Shown here: one piece after another, positions 40,400 to 53,928 of the stretch
Layout: the number at the start of each line of letters is the position of its first letter
Position numbering within the stretch: position 1 is the first letter of the stretch
Assembly (NCBI GenBank): GCA_964016885.1
Contig: OZ024747.1
Coordinates: forward strand, 43,462,001-43,526,000
Reading direction: 5' to 3'
Length of the DNA stretch: 64,000 nt
Origin: Eledone cirrhosa
Taxonomy: Eukaryota
Made by a program: the position numbers and the translations under genes
The notes under the pieces: model-generated
The model's database searches: none
Seen by the model: the letters and a program-made list of their open reading frames with translations, nothing else
Told to the model about the DNA's origin: nothing

Positions 40400-40725
40400 A
40401 TATATATATATTTATATTTATGTACATATACATTTTTATTACTTTCATTTTTTTACCTCATTCAAGGTATGGAATGTTGGAAAATGTGTGTCTGTATAAT
40501 AAAATCAGTATTTTTTAAAATCACATTTTTATTAAAGCCAAAATGTCACCTACAGATAACGAAAATAGTTTTTAAAATGTATTTTACATTTTCGTGAATT
40601 ACCAGTATTGTTCTGATTATCTCAGAAATTAGGTCTTTGACAAAAAAAAAAAGAAATAAAGAACTGCCACGAAAAAAAAATGTATATATATATATAGAAA
40701 GAAAGATAATATATATGTAATCATG

Positions 40726-40763
<38 letters not shown>

Positions 40764-40822
40764 CATATTTATATATATACATATATATATATATATAATC
40801 ATGTTATATATACATACATATA

Positions 40823-40890
<68 letters not shown>

Positions 40891-41082
40891 CATATTTATA
40901 TATATATATATACATATATATATATAATCATGTTATATATACATACATATATATATATATATGTGTGTATATATATATATATGTATATATATATATGTAT
41001 ATATATGTACATATACATATTTATATATATATACATACATATATAATCATGTTATATATAATCATATATAATCATGTTATAT

Positions 41083-41179
<97 letters not shown>

Positions 41180-41559
41180 GTATATATATATGTATATATA
41201 TATATATGTATATATATGTATATATGTATATATATATATGTATATATATAATAAATGAAGAAATGGAAAAAAATGTATTATGTGATGATAATGAAAAATG
41301 AATAAAACAAAAATAAATGAGGAGGAGAAAAAAAAGTACCATTTTCTCAAGAACTGATTGCTATTGCATTGGCTATATTCCAGTAAACTAGAGCTCTGAC
41401 AACCCTAATCAGATAGAAAAATCCTCTCAGACATTGGAAGTTGGGTCCTTAAGATCAGCCACTAAGCTATTATCATCTTTACACTAGGATAAGAAACTGA
41501 GAAACAGAAAATATACATACATACATACTTACGTATGTATGTACGTATGTACATACATA

Positions 41560-41970
41560 CATGGTGGCTGCCAACTCGTTTTTTTTCGAGTACGGCCACT
41601 ACTTTATATCCATGTAGGAGAACCCCTACCGATGTGCTGAACGATTGTGACTTTTTAGTCCAGCCAGCGACTTGAAAACTCTGGTACAAACACTACACTT
41701 GTGACAAATATTGACACATAGTGCTGGGCCCATGGTACCATGTGACGACAAGTGCAGAGAGATCTCCAGATATAAAGCAATGCCTGTGCCGTGAAGCTTT
41801 TATAGTGAGCAAAGGCACTGCACAAAGCCAGTCTCACTCTCTTAACCAAGATGATATTTACCAAAAAGAAGAACAAGTCAACATCATTGGATACCATCAG
41901 GGTTGCAGGTGTTATATCAGAGTTTTCCTTCTCCTAGAATTCTGCCTTGACAAAGGCTAAGGGGTCATCT
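41560..41970 (-). mobile_element. Zinc-finger micro-ORF element (copy 2; ORF 41626..41733)
   Basis: [35 protein letters not shown]; flanked by (CATA)n. Confidence 0.85.
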
Positions 41971-42039
41971 CATACATACATACATACATACATACATACA
42001 TACATACATACACATATACATACATACATACATACATAT

Positions 42040-42960
42040 GCAATTACTGGTGTAATTAGAAATACGCTTTTCCACAACAACATCCTGATTTTCAGTGATG
42101 CACTGCTGTGTGATGTCAAACACCTCACTTTGCAAAACATTGGCAAACTTCTTGCTTTTAGTTTCTTTGCATGCTATGTATGTCTCTTGTTCAGCTTACC
42201 TTTCAGCTACTGATCTTTGTTGCCTCCATTTCTTTCCAGTCTTTCCATGCCTGTATCCTAGTTTTAATAGATCTATCTACAGTGCTGTTCCACCACCAAG
42301 TCACCCTCTCCAGCTGGTGCTTTGCTCCACCCACAATTCTCATCAGTAACCTGCAGTAGACTCATAGAACGTCCAATTGTCTTTCCCACTTGTTATATGC
42401 ATTATGTAGGCTCTTCTGAACCAATATTTAAAAAAGAGTTCTTTTACTCTCCACCACCAGATTTCCTCGTATTTCTTGTCCTATCTTCTGCTTATTCTGG
42501 TTTTAGTAATAACTAACCTATGTTGTGTGGTGCATTCTTCTACAGGGAAGGACTTAGTATCTATAATCAACTGCCTATCCTGTTTTCTAGCAAGTAAAAA
42601 TTCAATCTGGTTTGCATATTTACCTGATTGGTAGGTGATCAAGTAGCTCGCTAGTTTCCTGTGGTCAGTATAGCAAATAGGTAGTTCATTCAGATCACAG
42701 AATTCTAGGGGTCTTGCCTCTTTGTTTTACAAGCCATAACTATAGTCATTGTGTATTCCCGTCTAGCTATTCTGGTGCTGCCTAACATGTCCATAAAAGT
42801 TGCCAGTTTGGATGATGAGTTCTTTGTCATCAGTAACAGAGGTTGTCTGAACGAGTTCCTCATAGAAATGTTTCTTTTGTTCTTTAATTAAACCTGATTG
42901 TGGTGCTAAGGTAAATATATTATTCAATTTATAGCCCATGACTATTCTGAGCTTGACAAT
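42040..42960 (-). mobile_element. Old degenerate LINE fragment (probably RTE family A, endonuclease/linker region)
   Basis: KKFANVL..EVFDI..QCITENQDVVVEKRISN-like translation; many stops. Confidence 0.45.
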
Positions 42961-43487
42961 TCTGTCACTCTAACTACTTTATATATACTCCATTATATAA
43001 CTCCATTATATATCTATCCACTTCTCAGCTGAATTTCAGTAGAATGTCTTCTCCACTTACCCCATCATCATTTCCTACCCAGAAAAGCTTATATCTAAGC
43101 TGTTTGCCTGTGAGGTGTTTTGCTGAGGCTCCTCTCCATTTCACTTCTTGAACACAGCACACATCAACTCATCTCTTCTCAAGCAACTCCACAATTTCTC
43201 TAGATATAAATTTCAGAGTACCCACATAAAGAGTGACAGCCTTAAGATGTGTTATCTGACAGTAATTATTAGGTTATCCTTAAATAGACTATTCTCTTGT
43301 ATTATCTGTCGCATGTATTCCACTCTGTTCTTTTAATTTGAATTTGAATTTTTGTACAATTCTCGTATAATATATGTTGCATCCATTATACCCTGTAAAT
43401 ACGAAACTGTTGTTCACAACATCAATATATATGTATCTATATGATTGTTCAGTTGAATAGGAGGTTAATTATATGTACAAACATTGA

Positions 43488-43541
43488 TAATGCTCCGATG
43501 ACTCCAAACGAAAGTTTGGAAGAAACGATTGTCAGCAATTA
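43488..43541 (+). ncRNA. Hammerhead motif with variant core (CCGAUGA)
   Basis: taatgct CCGATGA c-tccaaac-gaaa-gtttgga-a GAAA cgattg TC agcaatta; GUC triplet. Confidence 0.62.
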
Positions 43542-44107
43542 AATGAGTTGAACATAACTTTGATAATTGTGTAATTTATATGTGTGTATGTATATATATA
43601 TATATATATAAATATATATGTGTGTGTATATATATATATATATCACTCTATATGGCTGAATACAATAAATGCAATATTCGATTAGTTTGCAATTATGCAA
43701 ACAGCCTATTTTATAAGCCATGTCAGCAGAATGAGCCCCTCATTCTTGCTCTTGTGTTGGCATGTAAACAGAAATGCAGACACTAATGTTTCTTTGTGAT
43801 TACCCTTCATCAGTGCAGTTTGCTGCTTATCTGCCAACTGTCAGAGCTAGTGAAAATATATATTTTCTGAAATATACAATGACTGATCAGCCTGATTTGC
43901 ATATTAGCGGACTGGCTGATCAATCAGATCTGCATATTAGCAGACCCAGTGATTAGCCAGATTTGCATATCAGCAGATAGGCCAGACTGTTTCATGTATA
44001 CAAGCGATTAATGGCCAACTTTGCCATATTCAAATAATTAACAAAATAGTTATTGCTCTACATGGTTGAATACAATAAATGTAATCTCAGTTTTCGAATA
44101 TTAATAA

Positions 44108-44224
44108 TTGTTTCTACTTTTGGCACAAGGCCAGCAATTATCCCAATGTATTACTGGTACTTTATCTTATCGACCCGTAAGGATGAAAGGCAAAGTTAAC
44201 CTCGGCGGGATTTGAACTCAGTCC
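44108..44224 (-). mobile_element. 5'-truncated SINE family 1 with ~19-bp TSD
   Basis: gttttcgaatattaataat at 44090-44108 and 44225-44243. Confidence 0.88.
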
Positions 44225-44493
44225 GTTTTCGAATATTAATAATAATATTTGATTCGTTTGCAATTATGCAAACAGCCTCTTTTATAAGCCATGTCAGTAG
44301 AATGAGCCCCTCATTCTTGCTCTTGACACATCACCAAGATGGCTGGCTAAACTCATGCACTTTCCTCCTATAAACTTTCTACCTCTGTTCTCATCTACTT
44401 CTTCTCATGAAGGACAAATGGCTAAAGTTTTAAGACTCTTTTCCTACTTTATCAAGTGTCGAACTAATATATATCAATATATACCATCTTTGT

Positions 44494-47400
44494 CCTGGGT
44501 ATGACATTAAACTACATCCAGTGGCAAGCCTCCAGTTCGGGAGTTCAGGAGATGTGGGGAATGTGGAGTTACCCCTTAGTTGTCATGACTCCCATGTCTG
44601 CCCTGGCCCGGGGTGGTAGTACCTGTTAGGGCTCCATTTATGGGTTAAATAACTACCTTATTCGAGTGGCGCCGGTAAGGTATTGTCAGCCATTGAAAAG
44701 AAATATGGAGAGTCGATCTAACAGCACTAGGGTTAGAGCCCCTAATTACACTGTCAAGGAGCAGCCTGGTCGTTATGACTCTGCTGGCTTAGAGCCACAG
44801 AGAGGGCCAGTGGATGATGGATGAGCTGTCTCTGAGACAAATATAAAGAATGCAGTTTTGTCCTGCAGAAGAGCCATCAAAATGGGCACTTTGAATGTGA
44901 GGACTATTCGAACGCTGGAGAAGAGAGAGGAGTTGGGACATCTGTTCGAGGAGAGTGGTATACAGATACTTGCGATCCAAGAACACAGGATTCTACACGA
45001 TGAGCCCGTGAGGAGTGTGATGATCGGGAGGAAGAGCCAGCTCATCACTACATCGGCAGTGAAGAACACAACAAATGCTGCAGTAGGAGGAGTGGGTTTT
45101 GTGTTCAGTGCAAAAACCAATCTGTTGGTGAGGGAAATAATGCCTATCTCCCCGCGAGTGTTGAGGGTGACCTTCAATGGAAACCCAAGACTGACAGTCA
45201 TCTCAGCCTATAGTCCAACCGAGGGGGACAGTGATGTGAATGCCGAGGAGTTCCATGAGGAGGTGTGTAGAGCTGTCAACACCACTCAGGCACACAATAT
45301 CCTGCTTGTTTTGGGGGACTTCAATGCACATCTGAGTAAGGAGGGCAGTGAAGATCCTTGCTGGTACTTCCATAACAACACCAACCGAAATGGAAGACTA
45401 CTGAGAGACACCCTGCTGGAGGCAAACTTGATGGCGACCAACCTAAGGTTTAGGAAGAATCTGGGGAAGATGTGGACCTACATCTCAGATATGCACCTGT
45501 CCAAGTCCCAGATTGATTTCATTCTGGTGAGGAAAAAGTGGCGGAATAGTGTTCTGAACACGGAACCATACAGTCATTTCAGTACACTGGGTAGTGACCA
45601 CCGGCTTGTTATGAGTGAGGTCCGCGTGAGCTTAAGAAAGAGCAAGGCTCAGCCCCGGAGAACAATCTATGACTGGGGAGCTTTCAAGGAAGATGATAAG
45701 CTACAGGAGAGGTTCACAGTGGAAGTGAGAAACAGGTTTAGTGCTCTGTGTGGAGAGTCAGAGGAGAGAGAGATTGGATGGACTGAGGAGAGTGTGACGA
45801 GGAGGTACGGGCACTTCACCAATGCAGTGGCGAAAGCAAGTGAAACCCTGGTGCCGAGGAAAAAGAACAAAGGGAAGCACGTCAGCTCTGCAAACCCAAA
45901 AGTGTGTGCAGCCAGAGAACACCTGAAAGCTGCCAGGGACCAATTCTATGCTGATCCTACGGAGGAGAGGATGGAGACTGTGGAGGTGATGAGGGAAGAG
46001 CTCTGTACCGCTTACACTGAGGTCAGAGAGGAGGCACTGATAGAGAAGATCAGAAGTGTGGAGAGAGCGGTTGACAGATCTGGATGTAAGGAGAGCTGGA
46101 TGATCATCAACGAGATCACAGGGAGGAAGAAAAGGTGTTCGAGTCAGATCCAGGGAACGGGGCCCGAGGATAGGAAGAGGAAATGGCTAGACCATTTTAG
46201 GACCCTACTAGGAGAGCCACCCTCCACAGCCCAGAGCACTGGGGAGATCAGGCGGCTGTTTGAGGAACTGGATGTTGAGACAGAGCCCTTCACCAGAGAG
46301 GAGCTTCAGAGAGCCAAGAAGAAGATCAAGGAGGGCAAGGCTCATGGAGAAGATGGAGTGGCATCAGAGGTGATGAAGAGGTGTGATTTTGATGATATCA
46401 TCCTGGGGTTCTGTAACGGGGCACTGGAGAAAGGAGTTGCCCCGAATCAGTGGAGGATCAGTAACATCGTCCCAGTGCCAAAGAAGGGAGATCTCTCTAA
46501 CACCAACAACTACCGGGGGATCTCACTGACGTCACTTGTGGCAAAGACCCTCAACAGGATGATTCTTAACAGGATCCAGCCTGAGATGGAGAAGAAGCTC
46601 AGGGACAACCAGAACGGCTTCAGAGAGGGTAGATCAACCACCAGTCACATCCTGATGCTGAGGAGGATATTAGAGGGAGCTAGAGCAAAGTGCCTTCCTG
46701 CGGTCATGGTTTTCATTGACTTTAGGAAGGCCTTTGATTCTGTGGACCGTTACTGCCTGATGAAGATCTTACAGGCTTATGGAATCCCCAAGAGGATAGT
46801 GGACCTGATATCACTGCTCTACACCAACACCAAAGCCCAAGTCATTACACCTGATGGGATGACAGAGTTCTTTGAGATACTGGCTGGAGTGCTCCAGGGA
46901 GATACATTGGCTCCCTACCTTTTTATCATCGTAGTGGACTATTGTATGCGCCTTGCACTGGAGAAACACCAGGACACTGGCTTTACTGTAGCACCGGCTC
47001 AGAGCAGGAGAGTTGGCGCGAAAAAGGTATCGGATGCTGAATTTGCCGACGACATAGTTTTGGTGACAAATACAGTGAAGGAGGCAGAGGATTTGATGCG
47101 GGAGGTTGATACTGTGTCGATGAGTGTGGGGCTGAGAATGAATGAGACTAAAACAAAATATCTGGTAGAGAATGTTGAGAAGCCAGAGGGGATCACTAAT
47201 GTAGGCGGGAAGCCGCTGGAATTGGTTGAGGACTTCCTGTATTTGGGAGCAAAGATTGGGAATACGGAAGATGATGTGGTTGAGAGGAAGAGCAAGGCCT
47301 GGGCGGCGTGTCACAGCTTGAGATCGGTGTGGAAGTCGGACCTTCGTAGAGACCTGAAAATCCGCCTCTTCATTGCTGTAGTGGAGTCTGTGCTGCTGTG

Positions 47401-47806
47401 TGGGTCTGAGACTTGGACACTGACCAAGAGACTCACTCAGATGGTGGATGGGTGCTACACGAGAATGCTGAGGATGGCTCTGAACATTAATCAGTATACA
47501 CTGAGGATGAAAAACTCAGAGCTGTATGGGAGCATCCCAAAAGTCAGCTCAAAAGTGACACAGAGGAGACTGAGGTTGGCTGGACATGCTCACCGACATC
47601 CAGAGTTGACATTGCACTCAGTGCTCCTTTGGGAGCCCCTACATGGACACACTAGAAGAGGAAGACCAAGGTTAACATATGTTGATGCCCTAAGGACAGA
47701 CACTGGTCTGTTGGAGATGCAGGATATGGCAGCGATAATGAGGGACGGAGACCGCTGGAGAGAACTCATCCATGGATCTCGGGAATTTTACCCGCCTTAG
47801 ATGTAG
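44494..47806 (+). mobile_element. Full-length RTE-clade LINE with 13-bp TSD
   Basis: TSD ataccatctttgt at 44481-44493 and 47807-47819; ~390-nt 5' UTR; single uninterrupted ORF; the stop codon runs directly into a short tagatg tail. Confidence 0.92.
44882..47800 (+). CDS. LINE ORF: apurinic-like endonuclease + reverse transcriptase (first ATG at 44882)
   Basis: APE motifs GTLNVR, IQE, AYSP, GDFNA, IDF, SDH; RT motifs NYRGISL, QNGFR, DFRKAFD, GVLQGDTLAP, FADD, FLYLG. Confidence 0.93.
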   Translation: MGTLNVRTIRTLEKREELGHLFEESGIQILAIQEHRILHDEPVRSVMIGRKSQLITTSAVKNTTNAAVGGVGFVFSAKTNLLVREIMPISPRVLRVTFNGNPRLTVISAYSPTEGDSDVNAEEFHEEVCRAVNTTQAHNILLVLGDFNAHLSKEGSEDPCWYFHNNTNRNGRLLRDTLLEANLMATNLRFRKNLGKMWTYISDMHLSKSQIDFILVRKKWRNSVLNTEPYSHFSTLGSDHRLVMSEVRVSLRKSKAQPRRTIYDWGAFKEDDKLQERFTVEVRNRFSALCGESEEREIGWTEESVTRRYGHFTNAVAKASETLVPRKKNKGKHVSSANPKVCAAREHLKAARDQFYADPTEERMETVEVMREELCTAYTEVREEALIEKIRSVERAVDRSGCKESWMIINEITGRKKRCSSQIQGTGPEDRKRKWLDHFRTLLGEPPSTAQSTGEIRRLFEELDVETEPFTREELQRAKKKIKEGKAHGEDGVASEVMKRCDFDDIILGFCNGALEKGVAPNQWRISNIVPVPKKGDLSNTNNYRGISLTSLVAKTLNRMILNRIQPEMEKKLRDNQNGFREGRSTTSHILMLRRILEGARAKCLPAVMVFIDFRKAFDSVDRYCLMKILQAYGIPKRIVDLISLLYTNTKAQVITPDGMTEFFEILAGVLQGDTLAPYLFIIVVDYCMRLALEKHQDTGFTVAPAQSRRVGAKKVSDAEFADDIVLVTNTVKEAEDLMREVDTVSMSVGLRMNETKTKYLVENVEKPEGITNVGGKPLELVEDFLYLGAKIGNTEDDVVERKSKAWAACHSLRSVWKSDLRRDLKIRLFIAVVESVLLCGSETWTLTKRLTQMVDGCYTRMLRMALNINQYTLRMKNSELYGSIPKVSSKVTQRRLRLAGHAHRHPELTLHSVLLWEPLHGHTRRGRPRLTYVDALRTDTGLLEMQDMAAIMRDGDRWRELIHGSREFYPP

Positions 47807-47857
47807 ATACCATCTTTGTACTGTACTGTTTTCCTGTGTTGTTTTTCTTTGTTGACT

Positions 47858-47904
<47 letters not shown>

Positions 47905-47909
<5 letters not shown>

Positions 47910-48232
47910 GTGTGTGTGTGCGTGTGTGTATGTGAATGTGTGTATGTGAATGTGTGTGTGTGTGTGTGTGTGTGTGAATGTGTGTGTGAATTGTGTGTGT
48001 GAGTGTGTGTGAGTGTGTGTGTGTGTGAGTGTGTGTGTGAATGTGTGTGTGTGTGTGAGTGTGTGTGTGTGAATACGTGTGTGTGTGTGGGTGTGTGTGT
48101 ATGAGTGCGTGTGTGTGTGTGTGACTGTGTGTGTGTGAGAGTGTGTGTGTGTGTGTATGTGAATGTGTGTTGTGTGTGTGAGCGTGTGTGTGTGTGTGTG
48201 AATGTGTGTATGTGAATGTGTGTGTGTGTGTA
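47905..48232. repeat. Degenerate (TG)n microsatellite
   Basis: Direct reading. Confidence 0.92.
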
Positions 48233-48689
48233 TTACTGCCTCTCTTCCATTAATCCAACTCTTTCATCCCAACTAGTCAGTTTCTCCCATCATACTGTCA
48301 CTACATTTTTTAAATACTTCTCACACTAGTACATCATCTGTCACCACACTGTCAAGATTTACACTCTTATCTGTAGCATCCTGTCTTCCCATTTGCCATC
48401 TTGTTAAAGTTTCCTTGAACAAACAGAGGCAGTGCAAAATAGGGAAGAGTCCTTAGTCTTGCAATGTGTATGGCAACCTCACTAGTGTTGGTGTTATGAT
48501 TAAATGCACCCAGTACACTCTGTAGAGTGGTTGGTGAGAGCTCTAGAAACTATGCCAAGAAGAAACAAAAGGGCATACATTCACTCACACACTCACATGC
48601 ATACACACACCCACATGTATATACATATATGATATATATGATAAATATATGAGATATATATGTATATATATATATATATATATGATATA

Positions 48690-48772
<83 letters not shown>

Positions 48773-48794
48773 GATATATGTATATATATATATA

Positions 48795-48845
<51 letters not shown>

Positions 48846-48960
48846 ATATAGATATAGATATAGATATATATATATGATGTATATATATATATATTAGTGC
48901 TATTAAGTTAGACCTGGCATGGGCCAATACTGGCTGAAACCTATCAAAGTTATCAAAGTC

Positions 48961-49003
<43 letters not shown>

Positions 49004-49026
49004 ATATGTATATATATATATATGTG

Positions 49027-49084
<58 letters not shown>

Positions 49085-49085
<1 letters not shown>

Positions 49086-50207
49086 CATCATCATCATCAT
49101 CATCATCAGGTTTAGCGTCCGTGTTCCACGCTTGCATGGGTTTGGACGGGGGTTTTCCCACTTGAGGCAAGAGTGGTTGTCTTGCTCGCATAGGACTGTC
49201 TGGCAGATTTTCTACAGTTGGATGCCCTTCCTAACACCAACCACATTTACAGTGTGGGGCTGGGAGGTTTTTACCGTGTTGCCTACACGGCCACATTACA
49301 GCGTGGACTGTCTGGCGGGTTTTCTACAGCTGGATGCCCTTCCTAACACCAACCACATTTACAGTGTGGGGCTGGGAGGTTTTTACCGTGTTGCCTACAC
49401 GGCCACATTACAGCGTGGACTGTCTGGCGGGTTTTCTACAGCTGGATGCCCTTCCTAACACCAACCACATTTACAGTGTGGGGCTGGGAGGTTTTTACCG
49501 TGTTGCCTACACGGCCACATTTACAGCGTGGACTGTGTGTTTTTTGTCGTGACACCTACACGATCTCATTTGTTTCGGCCTGGATGTTGTGGGACCAACA
49601 TAACTGTACATTGAAAGGGGCGGTGTGGATGGGGTAGAGGTGGTGGGACGGGGGGGTGTTTTGATAGAGATGCCTACTGACTGTAGTAGGTTTTTACTTT
49701 GTATTTAGGTAAGGCGGGTCTTCTTTATTACTGAGTACCGCCAAAGGTCTCGGTCCAGTGACATTGTCTTGGAGAGGTGTAAGCGTGTGAGGTCGGAATT
49801 TATCAGCTCGTCCCATGTTTTTCTGGGTCTGCCTACTCCGTGGCTACCGTCTATCTTTATTGCCCTGCACTTTGTTATACAGCTGTCGTCTTTCATGCGC
49901 ATCACGTGACCGTACCAACGTAGCCTTCTCTCGAGTAAACAACATCTGATCCCTCTTATTTCTAATTTTTTCCTTAGTTCGTTTATGCTTTGCCGTTCAC
50001 GTATATTACTATTGCACATCCAGCGGAGCATGCAAGCTTCGTTCCTCTCTAGTCTGCGTATATCCTCTGCACACAATGCCCAGGTCTCACTGCCATGCAG
50101 CATTGCTGTTCGTATGCAGGCATCGTATAACCTGCCTTTCATTTTTAGGGAGAACCCTCTAGCGGCTAATAGTGGTATAAGCTCTCTGAACTTTTTCCAT
50201 CCAGTTC
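49085..50207 (-). mobile_element. RTE family A2 3' end with a triplicated 112-bp block in the 3' UTR
   Basis: ORF part [20 protein letters not shown]; ggactgt recurs at 49193, 49305, 49417, 49530. Confidence 0.9.
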
Positions 50208-50227
50208 TATATATATATATATGTATA

Positions 50228-50278
<51 letters not shown>

Positions 50279-50280
50279 GA

Positions 50281-50324
<44 letters not shown>

Positions 50325-50327
50325 TGA

Positions 50328-50369
<42 letters not shown>

Positions 50370-50416
50370 CACATATATATATATGTATATATATATATAT
50401 ATGTGTATATATATAC

Positions 50417-50489
<73 letters not shown>

Positions 50490-50989
50490 TATATATATAT
50501 GATATATGTATATATATATATGATACTTATAATCTATATAAATCACAGAAAACCAATATTTTATACATGACCAAGTAAAAATATGTCGGATATTTCTGTA
50601 TCTCCAGTCATGAATCAACCAGTTTAGTTTTACATCTCTTCCAAAGGGACAATTTATTTTCTCTCTCTCTCTCTCCCCTCCTCTCTCTCCCTCTTTCTTT
50701 CTCTCTCTCTCTCTCGCTCTCTCTACTTTCTTTTTTTTTCAAACCCCCTCTCTCTCACTGTTTCTCTTTTTTTGTTATTGAAGAAATATAAAAAAGTAAC
50801 TTACAAACATTGAATTTCCATTTATACATACATACATACATACATATATATATATATATCTATATATCATATATGTATATATATATGTGTGTAGAGAGAG
50901 ATGCTGTGCTGAATAAGACCCATCCCACCCTTGCGATCATGGAAGAGCGGACGTAAAATGATGATGATGATGATGATGATTTATATATA

Positions 50990-51140
<151 letters not shown>

Positions 51141-51157
51141 ATGTATATATGTATATA

Positions 51158-51215
<58 letters not shown>

Positions 51216-51615
51216 ATATACATATATATCACATATATATACTTGACATATATATATATATATATACTTATATATGAGCCAGCGTGTGTAAGTACAAATT
51301 TCTATGACCATCTGATTGCCCGATACACAACGTGTCTGGAGATTAATTATATTATATATATATAAATATTGCAATATGTAGCTTGACTTTATTTTCAAGT
51401 GTCTCTTCATATTACCTGTATTTATACATCATTGTATATATTATCACTTTAAATCTGATTTTTTTCTCTTTTACTCAGTTCTCTTGCTAATCACTTTGCA
51501 TGAAAAAAAGTATTTTCCGTATATCTACAAAATATTTATTCATGTATTTTGTATATACATATATATATGTGTGTATATATATGTAAATATGTATATTTAT
51601 ATACATATATGCATA

Positions 51616-51680
<65 letters not shown>

Positions 51681-51739
51681 ACATATATACATATATGTAC
51701 ATATATATATATATACATATATATATATACAAATATACA

Positions 51740-51849
<110 letters not shown>

Positions 51850-51996
51850 CATGTGTGCGTGTGTGTGTATTTAAATACATATATGGATGTATATGTATAT
51901 ATGTATATATAATATACATATATACATATATACATATATATCCATATATGTATATAAATACACACACACACACACATACACACTCAGATATTTATT

Positions 51997-52041
<45 letters not shown>

Positions 52042-52323
52042 AGGCATACATATATATATATATAGGTTTTATAGGTCTACTGTCGTTTTATGTAAAAAAA
52101 TAAATTGTTTATGTATGTCAATAGATAGATTTATGTTTAGATAGAATGTTTACACAGATATGTAAAAATGTATTTTATGTAGATATGATATATTTACAAA
52201 GATACTCACACACATCCACCCCCAATATTTATGTTTATATGTATGTATGTATATATATATGTATACATATATATATCATCATCATCATCATCATCGTTTA
52301 ACTTCTATCTTCCACGCTAGCAT

Positions 52324-52398
<75 letters not shown>

Positions 52399-52856
52399 GA
52401 GATATATATATATATATTTATAAACTATAGTCTGGTGTGATATATTGCTATATAACTATAAACAAGAGTGTTAGTCTATAAATCTCTATTAGATTTAAGA
52501 TGTATTGGACACAAAATACCAAAGTGAATGTATTTGATGGTGAAATTATGTGACCAGACATGAGTTTGTGAAAGGACATCTCCCCTGAGAAGGATACAAA
52601 GTGACAGACTGGCATCTTTCCAAGCAAATGACCAATAGGTAGGCATACGTGTCATTTTTCTGACTAGACCATCAATCTCACACTAGTTCAAGTGATAATT
52701 CTGTCAACATTCGTCTCAGACATTTTATTTTTCCATACTTCTCCAATAACAAAAGCAGTGATATTAGCAACTGTCTGTCTCTTATGCATACATACATTCA
52801 TACATATATATATATACATATATATGTATATAGATTTATATATATATATATATACA

Positions 52857-52894
<38 letters not shown>

Positions 52895-52914
52895 AAACGA
52901 TGATGATGATGATG

Positions 52915-52954
<40 letters not shown>

Positions 52955-53004
52955 ATAAATATATATATGTATATATACATCTATATATATACATATATAT
53001 ATAC

Positions 53005-53036
<32 letters not shown>

Positions 53037-53045
53037 ATATATATA

Positions 53046-53093
<48 letters not shown>

Positions 53094-53367
53094 GATATAG
53101 ATATATATATAACCGATTTTCACTCCCTTGTTAATTTGTGCTTGAGATACATTGGCTGTGTACTTATGGCGGGACCGAGACTATTTGAATTTCGTCTCCT
53201 GCCGTCACATAAATTTCTGAATCAATGGCCAATCATGGGAACAGCATTATTATGACGCGTAGGGATTTCAGTTGCTAATGTTTTACTGTGTTGGCCGTCA
53301 CATACAGTCATAGCCTACATGCACTGGAATTGAATTCTGTTGATCAATTGGTTATTGATTAGGCGAA

Positions 53368-53416
53368 ACCCGCTGAATTAAGCCACATTAAGTGTGGCCG
53401 AAACTCGAGTCTGGGT
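53368..53416 (+). ncRNA. Degenerate hammerhead motif within a ~450-bp element (53112-53560) between (TA)n tracts
   Basis: acccg CTGAATTA a-gccacat-taa-gtgtggc-c GAAA ctcgag TC tgggt; palindromic stem III, GUC triplet, non-canonical core. Confidence 0.55.
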
Positions 53417-53559
53417 ATGTCTGATGGTACCCATTTACACGTGTTGTATTGAAGCAAATAACTATATGTCTACACTGCGAGTTTACTTAACATTACCTAT
53501 TGAGTACGCTGAGATGCAACCGGTACTAGCAATGAAACCCATGCTAGTCCCGTCAACTG

Positions 53560-53616
<57 letters not shown>

Positions 53617-53620
53617 CATA

Positions 53621-53726
<106 letters not shown>

Positions 53727-53735
53727 CATATATAT

Positions 53736-53798
<63 letters not shown>

Positions 53799-53822
53799 TA
53801 CATACTTATATATATATACATA

Positions 53823-53928
<106 letters not shown>

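Noticed and set aside
53368-53383. acccgctgaattaagc resembles the conserved 5' segment of 28S rRNA
   Set aside because: Only ~16 nt with no flanking rRNA similarity; better explained as part of a hammerhead-like fold or chance.
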